Of a stretch of DNA of 64,000 nucleotides, positions 20,474-29,522 are shown one piece after another. The DNA comes from a candidate division WOR-3 bacterium (GTDB lineage: Bacteria; Hydrothermota; Tepidihabitantia; B3-TA06). The DNA is taken from contig CBFGKC010000013.1 in the NCBI GenBank assembly GCA_965649265.1, forward strand, positions 26,879 through 90,878, in the 5' to 3' direction. The notes beneath the pieces were generated by a model, which was not told where the DNA came from, did not search any database, and was given only the letters and a program-made list of their open reading frames with translations. Positions within the stretch are counted from its first letter, which is position 1. The number at the start of each line of letters is the position of its first letter. The translations under genes were made by a program, and so were the position numbers.

Positions 20474-21106
20474 TTATGACCCAAGGAACCTCCTCGAGTT
20501 GCCCGTTGCGTCGATCTCTGAAATCAAGCGTCTGTAGTGTTCGGGATTCTCGATGAGCGAAAGATTATCCGTATTGACGACCAAAAGCGGGCCCTGGTAG
20601 TATGTGAGGAAGAAGCTGTTGTAAGCCTCGACGAGATTCTGGATGTAGTCTCGCTCGATGCCCTTCTCCATGGGCCTCGCGCGGCGGTCTATTCTGCGCA
20701 TAAGGCTGTCCACCCTTGCCTGAAGCAGTATGACCAGGTCGGGCTGCGGAACCTGCTCGACCATCTCCCGGTACATCTTCTCGTACACGGCAAAATCACC
20801 GTCGGAGAGGTTCAGAGAGGCGAAAATCCAGTCCTTGTAGATGGTGTAGTCGGCTACGGCGACCCTGTCAAAAAGACTCGTTTGCTTGAGCCTTGAAAGT
20901 TCCTTGAAACGAGATGTGAGAAAATGAAGCTGGACCGGGAAGGAAAAAGTCTCTGGATCATCATAAAACCGTTCGAGATAGGGATTTTCCAGCGCATCCT
21001 CGAGCAAAGAAACCGCGCCCCACTCCTCGGCGAGCTTGAGCGAGAGGGTGGTCTTACCCACGCCTATCACGCCTTCCACGCACACAAGGGTACGCTTCAT
21101 CACCAT
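20474..21106 (-). CDS. deoxynucleoside kinase (dck/dgk family)
   Basis: EGVIGVGKTTL P-loop, NPYLERFY, QLHFLTSR, PDLVILL, RIDRRAR. Confidence 0.92.
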   Translation of the reverse strand: MVMKRTLVCVEGVIGVGKTTLSLKLAEEWGAVSLLEDALENPYLERFYDDPETFSFPVQLHFLTSRFKELSRLKQTSLFDRVAVADYTIYKDWIFASLNLSDGDFAVYEKMYREMVEQVPQPDLVILLQARVDSLMRRIDRRARPMEKGIERDYIQNLVEAYNSFFLTYYQGPLLVVNTDNLSLIENPEHYRRLISEIDATGNSRRFLGS

Positions 21107-21591
21107 CTTTTAATCCCGCGTTTGTTGAGCGTTGCAAGCATCTGGTTTGCGGTCAACCCGGTGACAGGGTGACGGAAGTGCGGGGCTATCTCCATCATGG
21201 GTGCAAGAACGAAGGCACGCTCCGCGATGCGGGGATGCGGAATAGTTAACCGGGGATCTTTCATTACGGTATTATTATAGAAAAGGAGGTCGATGTCAAT
21301 CGTGCGCGGCGCGTTCTTGAAAAACCTGATCCGACAAAGTTTTTTTTCGATTCTCTGGATGAGTGCTAAGAGTTCGTAAGGGGTGAGCGTCGTTTCGGCG
21401 CATACTACTTGATTGAGAAAGGAAGGTTGGAACCTGAATCCGTAAGGAATGGTTAAATATATAGAAGATGAACTTTTCACTTGAACACCGTTATGCGAAA
21501 AGAGAGCCTCTGCCTTTTCAAGGAAGCCTTTTCTCCTCCCCAGGTTACTGCCTAACGAAAGGAATACAATGTCAGGCGCCCGAGCGAACAC
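21100..21591 (-). CDS. folK: 2-amino-4-hydroxy-6-hydroxymethyldihydropteridine diphosphokinase
   Basis: LSLGSNLG, FLNQV, PRTIDIDLL, LTIPHPRIAERAFVLAP; GTG start at 21591 chosen (the track start at 21738 lies inside the csp gene). Confidence 0.93.
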   Translation of the reverse strand: MFARAPDIVFLSLGSNLGRRKGFLEKAEALFSHNGVQVKSSSSIYLTIPYGFRFQPSFLNQVVCAETTLTPYELLALIQRIEKKLCRIRFFKNAPRTIDIDLLFYNNTVMKDPRLTIPHPRIAERAFVLAPMMEIAPHFRHPVTGLTANQMLATLNKRGIKRW

Positions 21592-21598
21592 GCCTTCC

Positions 21599-21802
21599 TT
21601 ATATCTTCTCGACCTTGACGGCCTTACGAGCCTGTTCGGATTCCGAGATCTCGAACTTGACAGAATCACCCTCGGAAAGGGCCTTGAAACCCTCGGCCAT
21701 GATATCGGAGTAGTGTACGAAAATGTCTCCGGAACCATCGTCTATTTCGATGAATCCGTAGCCCTTTTTGTTATCAAACCACTTAACCTTGCCTGTTGGC
21801 AT
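21599..21802 (-). CDS. cold-shock protein
   Basis: GKVKWFDNKKGYGFI...DIFVHYSDI RNP motifs; SD AAGGAG before ATG 21802. Confidence 0.95.
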   Translation of the reverse strand: MPTGKVKWFDNKKGYGFIEIDDGSGDIFVHYSDIMAEGFKALSEGDSVKFEISESEQARKAVKVEKI

Positions 21803-21936
21803 CAAACTCTCCTTGAAAAAGATTTCAGCCAAAAGTTCGCATTTCTGCAAACTAACCGTGCGTATGCTACACTTTTTTACGAACTTGTCAAGTCTCAGGT
21901 CGCCAATCCCGGAACCGGATATTTCCGATCACACCG

Positions 21937-24732
21937 CTAGTCTATTGACGGTTTATCGAGGAATTCCCGGACGTCCCTTGTCTTTTTCCCGATATTGATG
22001 GGGATGGATGTATCAAACCCGAAGACGGGTTTCACTTTCATATCGCGTGTGATGGCGACCCCTATTCTGGGAGCAAGGCTCATGAAATTCCATATGAGGT
22101 GGATTTCGGGAGAGAGTTCGATTCCGGCGGATGCTGCCATGAGGTCCCTCGAATCGAATGCGGCATCGACGAATATATTGGTGTATAAATCCTCGAAGAA
22201 GACGTTCGGGTTCCATATCCCGAAACGCATCTTCAGGAGCCTGTGGCGGTATTCAAGGGTTGCAGTCTGGAAGGTCATGTTCGATGTCGTAATCGTGGTA
22301 TCAAAGTATCCTCTGATTGCACTGGAATAAGCATACTCCGGCTGCTTCTCAATAGACAGGTCAATTCTCGACGATACGTCGCAGAAAAGCATTCCTCCGG
22401 CAAGGTCAAAGGCCGACACCGCCCTGAGAGCAAGGGTCGAGCTTTCACCGGTTGAAAAGATAGGCGATTCCCAGCCGTATCGGGCGGCAAGACCGAGCTT
22501 TACATAAGGCCACGCGAAATTCGATCCCAGTGAAGTCGAAAGCACTCTTTCTTCGAGCGATTGACCGCTTATCCGGAAACCTTCTCCCCACGTGAGGGAA
22601 GTCAACCCTTTTCCGCTGCGTACGACCAGGGGAAGCGTAAACGAGGGATTAATGTTATAATAATAGCCTTGAAGGGTGCCGGACTGGTCCCATTCGGGGT
22701 CAAGGTTGAACGCCAGATCGAGGCTCAGGGGCGCCAGTGTGAGGTTGTTCCATGCGATGCTGGTACGGGGAGCAAGTCCCACGGCGTCGTAGCCGGCGGT
22801 AATGGTATAGGAATTCTCGCCCAGAACATCTGCACCCATGAGAAAGAAGCCTGCCTCGAGATGAGAGAGCGTGAAATCGCCGTTGTATGGATCTGCAAGC
22901 TGCGGTGCAATGTAGGGAACGCGTGCCCAGGGTCTCAAAAGCGTCAGGTACGGAGAGAGGGATGAACGGCGTTCGAAACCCCCGTCGTACTGGGGCACGG
23001 GTCTGGTTTGAGGATCGGTGGGGGGCGAGGAGGGCGAGGAGGGTGGGGGAGAGGGGGTCATGCTAGTCTTGATCGAATAGATGTCGTAGCCAGAAGGGTT
23101 GAGCCCGACGAAGTAAAGCTCATCCCCGATAGTGACCGGGTTGAGGGTGAAGCTCGGTGTCTTGAACTGCTCGCAGGATTTCGTTTGCGGATCAAGCTTG
23201 TAAGCGCCTGCACATCCGTCTGAGCCGTAAGGGTTAGCGGAATAAAGAATGGAACCGTTGTCATTCAGGTTCAGACCCGTTTCCGCCCACGGTGTCTGAG
23301 TGAGGCGAAGCCAGGAATTGTCCCCGGTACGGTATTCAAAGATATCCCAGTTCTCGCCCTGGCCGCGTGCCGAAAAGTAAACCTTGCCGTCGTTCGATGC
23401 GAGGATTTCCCCTATAATGGTATCCCCAGCCCATATCTTCTCCGGTTTCGGAACCCCCTCCTTTATTCTGAGAAGTGCTGAGCCGAACACGGGGGTCCGG
23501 TCTACAGATACAAGGAAGGAGCCGTCTGGCAGCCGGTCGAACGCCCTGACCCTTCCTTCGTACAATACTTTCTCCCTGCAGGCATGACGAGACCGTTTAA
23601 GGTCAAGTGCACGAATCTCGACAAGCTCGCCGAACCCGAGTCCGGAGGTGTTCGGGAAAACCCTGCTCTCGACAGAAGCCCCGTAGTAGAGCACCCCGTC
23701 GTGAACGCGGATGGGAGGGTTTACCGTTGTTCTCGGCCGGGCCACGATCTCCCGTTTACCCGTTTTCGTGTCGAGTGCGGCGATGTCAACGAAGAATTTT
23801 TCGTAAAGAGCTGCTGGTTTCTTACCGTAAATCTGGCAGAAGTATATCTTTTCGTCTTCGGCGGCGAGCCCGCCGTTAAAGTACCAACCTTTGTCGGTAA
23901 GCCTGCGTGCCGCCGAGTCAGCCGGGAGGAATGCTCCTGCTTTCTCCTGAACGGATGCCTGCCAGTCCTTGATGAGATCGGGAAAGCGCTTGCCGAAGGC
24001 CTCCTTTGCGCTGCGGTCGAGAGAGAACAGGGGAATCCGCGAACCGTGGAGTCTGTAGAATTCATTCATCGCTTTCACGCCTTTTGTCTCGACGAGCCAT
24101 TCGTAGAAAGGCCCGCCGTAGGCGTAGATGGCTCCGCCGGGGTACTCGAAAAGCGAACCGTTCATGACCCAGCTTTTCGTGGCAACGCCCTGGCTTGCTC
24201 GTGTGAGGACGTTTGCGTCGTACTCGCCCGCCTCGAGTCTGCCCTCGTATGGCGTGACATGCGACTCGGTAAAGACGGTAATGCCTTCCACCATCCATCC
24301 CGGTGTGACCATGTTAGGAATCACCCAGGGGCCAAGGAGAACCTGGAGCACCCTCGGAAATCCCCACACGGAGGATAGCGACACTTCGTGCGCGTACTCA
24401 TGAATGCCGACCGTGCGCATCCAGTCCTGTGTTGATAAATCAAAACCCGCAGGGGGGGTGGTGTAAAGATGAATCATATTTCCTACGGGATTCGAAAACC
24501 CGTTGACCGTCATCCCCATATCTTCGATTACGACCCAGGTCCTCCCCGGGTCATAAGAAACGGTATTTATAGGCTTTGAACGTTCGGTCTCCATCCAGCT
24601 TATGGCCCAGCGGGCCTGCTCCTCGTACCCTTTAGGGTAAACCAGGTTGAAATGATCGCTTTTTAGAACCTGCCATTGTATAGAAGCATTAAGCAGCAAA
24701 GGCAGTACGGCGAGCACGGCGAATCTTTTCAT
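21937..24732 (-). CDS. outer-membrane-associated protein: zincin-like N-domain, beta-propeller and probable C-terminal barrel
   Basis: Signal peptide, HEYAH...WMVEG, TolB-like WDIF/GYDIY repeats, amphipathic C-terminal strands. Confidence 0.65.
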   Translation of the reverse strand: MKRFAVLAVLPLLLNASIQWQVLKSDHFNLVYPKGYEEQARWAISWMETERSKPINTVSYDPGRTWVVIEDMGMTVNGFSNPVGNMIHLYTTPPAGFDLSTQDWMRTVGIHEYAHEVSLSSVWGFPRVLQVLLGPWVIPNMVTPGWMVEGITVFTESHVTPYEGRLEAGEYDANVLTRASQGVATKSWVMNGSLFEYPGGAIYAYGGPFYEWLVETKGVKAMNEFYRLHGSRIPLFSLDRSAKEAFGKRFPDLIKDWQASVQEKAGAFLPADSAARRLTDKGWYFNGGLAAEDEKIYFCQIYGKKPAALYEKFFVDIAALDTKTGKREIVARPRTTVNPPIRVHDGVLYYGASVESRVFPNTSGLGFGELVEIRALDLKRSRHACREKVLYEGRVRAFDRLPDGSFLVSVDRTPVFGSALLRIKEGVPKPEKIWAGDTIIGEILASNDGKVYFSARGQGENWDIFEYRTGDNSWLRLTQTPWAETGLNLNDNGSILYSANPYGSDGCAGAYKLDPQTKSCEQFKTPSFTLNPVTIGDELYFVGLNPSGYDIYSIKTSMTPSPPPSSPSSPPTDPQTRPVPQYDGGFERRSSLSPYLTLLRPWARVPYIAPQLADPYNGDFTLSHLEAGFFLMGADVLGENSYTITAGYDAVGLAPRTSIAWNNLTLAPLSLDLAFNLDPEWDQSGTLQGYYYNINPSFTLPLVVRSGKGLTSLTWGEGFRISGQSLEERVLSTSLGSNFAWPYVKLGLAARYGWESPIFSTGESSTLALRAVSAFDLAGGMLFCDVSSRIDLSIEKQPEYAYSSAIRGYFDTTITTSNMTFQTATLEYRHRLLKMRFGIWNPNVFFEDLYTNIFVDAAFDSRDLMAASAGIELSPEIHLIWNFMSLAPRIGVAITRDMKVKPVFGFDTSIPINIGKKTRDVREFLDKPSID

Positions 24733-24832
24733 TACGTGTCCTCCTTAAAGCCTGACTATAATTTAACGATTACTGGGTGTCAACCCTTGGTTTTCCGGGT
24801 ACTGGGAATATATATGGAGAGAGACCGGGATT

Positions 24833-24861
24833 CCCGCAGTTTTACTTGGTAAAACTGCGGG
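24833..24861. repeat. palindrome, family copy 5
   Basis: CCCGCAGTTTTAC-TTG-GTAAAACTGCGGG between divergent genes. Confidence 0.6.
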
Positions 24862-25031
24862 GCTTTAGCCCGCCTCCCTGTGCCGATAACGCAAGGATTA
24901 AGGCCAAAACCAGACTGCTCATATCACGAGTATAGATGCAGGTTCCTTGCCGTCAATCTTGACATCCGTAGATTTCTTTCTATATTTATTGTCGTTGGTC
25001 TTTTAAAATCCTTTCAAGGTTAGGAGGCAAG

Positions 25032-25712
25032 ATGAAAAGTATTATCCTTGTTATTACTCTTCTGGTAACAACCGCCGGAGCCGTGGAGTTGGGCATTACA
25101 GGCGGAGGTAACTACCAGAAGTGGAACACGAGCCTTCCCTCGACGCTCGACCCTGAAGAGACAGACCCGGTAAATTACCGGGGGCTTTCTTACCACGCCG
25201 GTTTGACTGCGAGCCTGGGTTTCACCAAGCCCTCAGACCCTGTATTCCTGGGGCTGGAGAGCGGACTGAGGTTTACTGCGGTTCATTACTACACTGAAGT
25301 GGATTCGGTGTATGACCTCGATCACGGGACCCTCGTAAAAATACCGAGAATTCCTGCGGAATACAACTATTTCAATCTTTCGATGCCGCTTTTGTTCAGG
25401 ATATCGGTTCCGGAGAAAGACTGGTTGGAATGGGGAGTCGCCCTTGGTCCCGTCATAATATTCACCCCGGAGCACACCGAATATTTTCACGATTATTACG
25501 TGGAATGGTACGGACAGGAGTTTACGGTTCCCCAGAAGATAGATCTGGGGGTCGAAGCCAGGGCAGGGGTGGCATTCAAGGTGTGGAGGAACCTCTGGAT
25601 AGGACCTTCCTTCGCGGTCATATACAACTCGACGCCTGATAAACCCCAGACCCCGGCCGCGGATGAAGAACAGTTCATGAACCTTTCATTGAGGGTTAGT
25701 TACAAGATATAG
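25032..25712 (+). CDS. outer-membrane beta-barrel (porin-like) protein
   Basis: Signal peptide, alternating strands, LSMPLLFR, terminal LRVSYKI; SD AGGAGG. Confidence 0.7.
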   Translation: MKSIILVITLLVTTAGAVELGITGGGNYQKWNTSLPSTLDPEETDPVNYRGLSYHAGLTASLGFTKPSDPVFLGLESGLRFTAVHYYTEVDSVYDLDHGTLVKIPRIPAEYNYFNLSMPLLFRISVPEKDWLEWGVALGPVIIFTPEHTEYFHDYYVEWYGQEFTVPQKIDLGVEARAGVAFKVWRNLWIGPSFAVIYNSTPDKPQTPAADEEQFMNLSLRVSYKI

Positions 25713-25877
25713 TTCAAGTCCTCGTTTAAGACATCCAGTGCTATTGGATTAGACCGTTTTCTGAAGCCAGTGGCAGTTTTTCCGTCTGTAGTTTTTTGTG
25801 TGGCGGCAGGATTCGGACTTTCTCCATAAGTATGTAATTAGTTGTTTTACATGCCTTGATTTTTAAGGCATCGTACG

Positions 25878-26900
25878 TTAAAGTTCAGGTATCTCGAACT
25901 CCGCCACAAAGGGGGCATGGTCAGACTCCGGGAACTTTGTGTCAGTCGCAAAAGCCACGGATTCGTCGTGCAGTGTCTCATTATGTATTTTTGAATCTCT
26001 GTAATACGGAAGCATCGCCTTGGAGATGAGCATGTGATCAAGAAGATTCTTCTTTCCGTAATGAAGATAAGTGTATCGGGACGTCTCGGGGATAGTCATC
26101 TCGCACGACACCATTTCTCCTCCTTTAAGGTCAGGATTTCCGGTATCTTCAACAGCTCCACGAATCGCATCTATAGGTACTTCTCCCGGTTCGGAGTTAA
26201 AGTCACCGCAGACCACAATTCTTGCGTCCTTGTCATCTTCTAAAAGTGAATCGATTAACCGTCGCGTTTCAAGGGCTTGTCCCACTCTTTTCATGGATGA
26301 GATAAAAAATCCTTCAGCCCAACCTGCGCTGGACTTCCAAACGTCAAATTTAGTTGACTTTTCTTTGTCCTTTTGTCCAGGTATGTCGTCCGGCCTTTTT
26401 GACTTTAGGTGAAGATTGATAACGTGAAGTTGAAAGTTACCATTTATCTCGATTAACGCATAAAGAATCGGTCTATCCCACGTGACAGGTTCTGCTTCTT
26501 CGGAGGGTTCCGCCATAATTTTTTTGTACTGCAACTTTTTAATCCAGAAATTGTTGTATTCTTTTGTGTCTGTGATTGTTATCCCGGAATCAGGGCGTGT
26601 CACGATTACCATGTTTTGCTCTAGAGTCACTTGTCCGTTTTTTTTCGTTGTAGAAACCATGGTTTTATTCGAAAAATCAACCCCTTTGAAAGCAGTATCC
26701 TCCAGGAGTTCTTTCAAGGCCAGAAGGTCATTGTGGCTATCGTCTATTTTCTGACCTATTACTTCCTGGAAACACATAATGTGTGCATCCATTCTTTGGA
26801 TTTGTGGTCTCAACACCGCTTTTCTTTGTTGAAGTGTCGGTGTTTTTTTCTTTTCGTCGTTAAGGTTTTCGAGATTAAAGGTTGCGATGCGCAACTTCAT
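25878..26900 (-). CDS. endonuclease/exonuclease/phosphatase (EEP) family protein
   Basis: IATFNLEN, CFQEV, NLHLKS, VCGDFN, LDHMLIS, SDHAP. Confidence 0.92.
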   Translation of the reverse strand: MKLRIATFNLENLNDEKKKTPTLQQRKAVLRPQIQRMDAHIMCFQEVIGQKIDDSHNDLLALKELLEDTAFKGVDFSNKTMVSTTKKNGQVTLEQNMVIVTRPDSGITITDTKEYNNFWIKKLQYKKIMAEPSEEAEPVTWDRPILYALIEINGNFQLHVINLHLKSKRPDDIPGQKDKEKSTKFDVWKSSAGWAEGFFISSMKRVGQALETRRLIDSLLEDDKDARIVVCGDFNSEPGEVPIDAIRGAVEDTGNPDLKGGEMVSCEMTIPETSRYTYLHYGKKNLLDHMLISKAMLPYYRDSKIHNETLHDESVAFATDTKFPESDHAPFVAEFEIPEL

Positions 26901-27032
26901 TTCGCTCCTCCTTACTTATTGGTTTTCGCAGATACTAAAAATATACCCAAAAAATATTCTTTGTCAAGCGAAAAAGCAAATGTAATACTCGTGGACGATT
27001 CAGCGATGGGGGATTTTGGGAAAGTATTAGAT

Positions 27033-27965
27033 CTATTTAAGAATGTCTGCGAGCGCGGCGGCGCCGAGTATGCCGGCACGGTCGCCGAGGTGGGAGCGGA
27101 CTACCCGGAGTTTGCGCCCACGCAGAGGCATGGTGTAGGATTTGAGGGTCTCGCGGATGGGTCCCATCAGTATACTACCTGCGTTGCTTATTCCGCCGTT
27201 GACTACTATGACTTCGGGGTCAACAAGCTGGACAACGTTTCCGAGCGCTCTGCCGAGTCTTTCTCCAGCCTCCCGGAATATGGCGAGTGCGACAACGTCA
27301 CCAGCTTTTGCGGCTTCCGCGATGTGTTTTGGTGTAAGTCTGGTTTTGGCCGCGATCCGGAAAAGCGGCGAGCCTTTCTTCATCCTGCGCCTGGCCTGCG
27401 AAACGAGTCTTGATGAACCGACGTACGCCTCCAGACAGCCCGAAAGTCCGCAAGCGCAGCGTGATGATTTCTCGAACGAGGTATGTCCGAACTCAGCCGC
27501 CGCATCGTTTGCGCCGAGTATGAGCCGGCCGTCAGATACTATGCCGCCGCCCACACCGGTGCCCAGGGTGAAACAGAAGAGGTTAATGGTCTTATATCCT
27601 CCAAAGCGGTACTCGCCCCATGCGATAACGTTCACGTCGTTGCCCACGGCAACGGGCACGCCGAGTGAATCTTGAAGCATCCTTTTGAGTTCGACGTTAT
27701 TCCAATCCAAAAGATTCGGCGAGAAGCGAACTATACCCTTTCGGTGATCGATGAGGCCGGCAATTCCCACCCCGGCCTGGGTGATTGAGGTCCCTTCACC
27801 GACCATTCGCAGCGCTTTTTCCGAGATTCGGTTAACGAGATTCGCAGGTCCTTCTTCCATAAGGGTAGGTATCTTTTTTTGTGCGATTATCCTTCCCTTT
27901 GCGTCCACGAGCCCCATGCGGATATTGGTCCCGCCAACGTCAATTCCCAGGAGCCTAGGCGTCAT
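27033..27965 (-). CDS. ROK-family sugar kinase (glucokinase-like)
   Basis: GIDVGGT, NDVN, TLGTGVGGG, EFGH, CACGLSGCLE. Confidence 0.92.
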   Translation of the reverse strand: MTPRLLGIDVGGTNIRMGLVDAKGRIIAQKKIPTLMEEGPANLVNRISEKALRMVGEGTSITQAGVGIAGLIDHRKGIVRFSPNLLDWNNVELKRMLQDSLGVPVAVGNDVNVIAWGEYRFGGYKTINLFCFTLGTGVGGGIVSDGRLILGANDAAAEFGHTSFEKSSRCACGLSGCLEAYVGSSRLVSQARRRMKKGSPLFRIAAKTRLTPKHIAEAAKAGDVVALAIFREAGERLGRALGNVVQLVDPEVIVVNGGISNAGSILMGPIRETLKSYTMPLRGRKLRVVRSHLGDRAGILGAAALADILK

Positions 27966-29139
27966 ATGTGGTCAATTCCAGATGCAGCTTTGCAACGCGT
28001 TCGAGAAATGCCTGACCCGTTTTCACATCACGGCGCATCATTACGCGTTCCGCGGTAGTTGAAAGCTGTGAGAGGCCGTAGACCTCCCCCTCCCCCCATG
28101 CGAACGAGGGGATATTTTTAGAACAAAGCCCGCCTCCAAGTATGTTCGCAAAAATTCCGATGACAGCTCCTGTCGGGATAAGCGTTCCGATGGACGTTTT
28201 GGTGTGGTCGCCCATTATGCAGCCGAACTTGGTAAGGCCGGTGGCGTACTCCTCGCCGTTCTGGACGACCCTGATCTCGGAATAGTTGTTCTTCAAGTCG
28301 GAGTTGGTCGTCATCGCGCCAAGGTTGACCCATTCGCCGATGTAGGCGTGACCGATGAAACCCTCGTGATGCTTGTTTACGTAACCGTGAAAGATGGATG
28401 CCTCGACTTCGCCTCCAACCCTGCACTGAGGGCCGAGCACGGTTCCGGCGCGCAGCCTTGCGCTGTCGACGACGGTCTCAGGACCTATATGGCAGGGACC
28501 CTCGATGAGGGTCGGTCCCTTGACTAACGCACCGGACGAAATGGTTACAGGGCCCTTGCGGCAGTCGATTATCGTGCCTGTATCGACCACGGCTCCCTCC
28601 TCGAGTCTCAGGGCATCCCCGTAGACCACGGCGCGATTGTCGATGGTTCCCTTCGACTCTTTGCCCTGGAAATCCCGGGTCACCTCGAGCTCAAGACCCG
28701 CGAGTATCTCCCAGGGGTACAATATGCGTCTGGCCGGTATCCTGCGATCGGAAAGTCTGGCTGATTCAAGGAATTCGGTAACGCTCTCGGCGCTTTGATA
28801 TCCTGAAAGACCGTCGGTCGTGAAGCCGACAGTCCTGCCCCTCTCATCGAGAAAAAGCTCATTGGCTTCAGAAATCGGCAGGGTATCCGCAAGGATGCTT
28901 CCCGCGGATACAAAGAGATGGTGTCCCTGAGGGACGGTATTGGCGTTCTTTGCGACCTGTGGCCATTGTTCAAAGCAAAGGTCCACAAGCTCTTCACGAA
29001 CGATAAGACGAACCTCTTCGCGAAACAGCTTCTCCAGTTTCTCCCGAAAAGTAAGAACACCGGCGCGGATCTCGGACACCGGCCTCAGGAAAGAGAAAGG
29101 CTCGTAATTACGCCACGAATCCTCGTAAATGAAAACCAT
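27955..29139 (-). CDS. GlmU-related putative sugar nucleotidyltransferase/acyltransferase
   Basis: RPVSEIRAGVLT, hexapeptide region, GGEVE, NKHHEGFIGHAYIGEWVNLGA, SDLKNNY. Confidence 0.85.
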   Translation of the reverse strand: MVFIYEDSWRNYEPFSFLRPVSEIRAGVLTFREKLEKLFREEVRLIVREELVDLCFEQWPQVAKNANTVPQGHHLFVSAGSILADTLPISEANELFLDERGRTVGFTTDGLSGYQSAESVTEFLESARLSDRRIPARRILYPWEILAGLELEVTRDFQGKESKGTIDNRAVVYGDALRLEEGAVVDTGTIIDCRKGPVTISSGALVKGPTLIEGPCHIGPETVVDSARLRAGTVLGPQCRVGGEVEASIFHGYVNKHHEGFIGHAYIGEWVNLGAMTTNSDLKNNYSEIRVVQNGEEYATGLTKFGCIMGDHTKTSIGTLIPTGAVIGIFANILGGGLCSKNIPSFAWGEGEVYGLSQLSTTAERVMMRRDVKTGQAFLERVAKLHLELTTYDA

Positions 29140-29522
29140 ATTCTAGCTTATCAAGGATTCAGGGTTTGTCAACTATGACTACAGACTTCGTCTGTGTCAA
29201 AATCATATCTAATATCCGGGATTTCTGCATCTCGGCTTGATAGTGCACTTGCATGACTGCTTTTAGGCAACTTGACACAAGTCGTTTTGCGCCTAATATA
29301 AATATAAAAGAAAGTGAAGTCCCGCTCTTTGTGGTTAATCTCTAATAGATGGATTGAGGGCGAAAAAGCTTAATGTAAAATACATCTGATTTGTGATACT
29401 ATGTGTTACAGGCTTTTTCTGTGCTAAACCGTATATCCATTATATAACTTTGATAAGTCCCCAGCTATTGACATGCTCCTTTAGTTCCTTACACTTGACT
29501 CGAAAGACTCAAGGAGGAGCAA

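Noticed and set aside
21592-21738. N-terminal extension of folK in the ORF track
   Set aside because: It overlaps the cold-shock gene in another frame; the FolK motifs begin after GTG 21591.
25795-25830. tRNA-like or att-site fragment (TGGCGGCAGGATTCGGA)
   Set aside because: No cloverleaf can be built and no second copy was seen.
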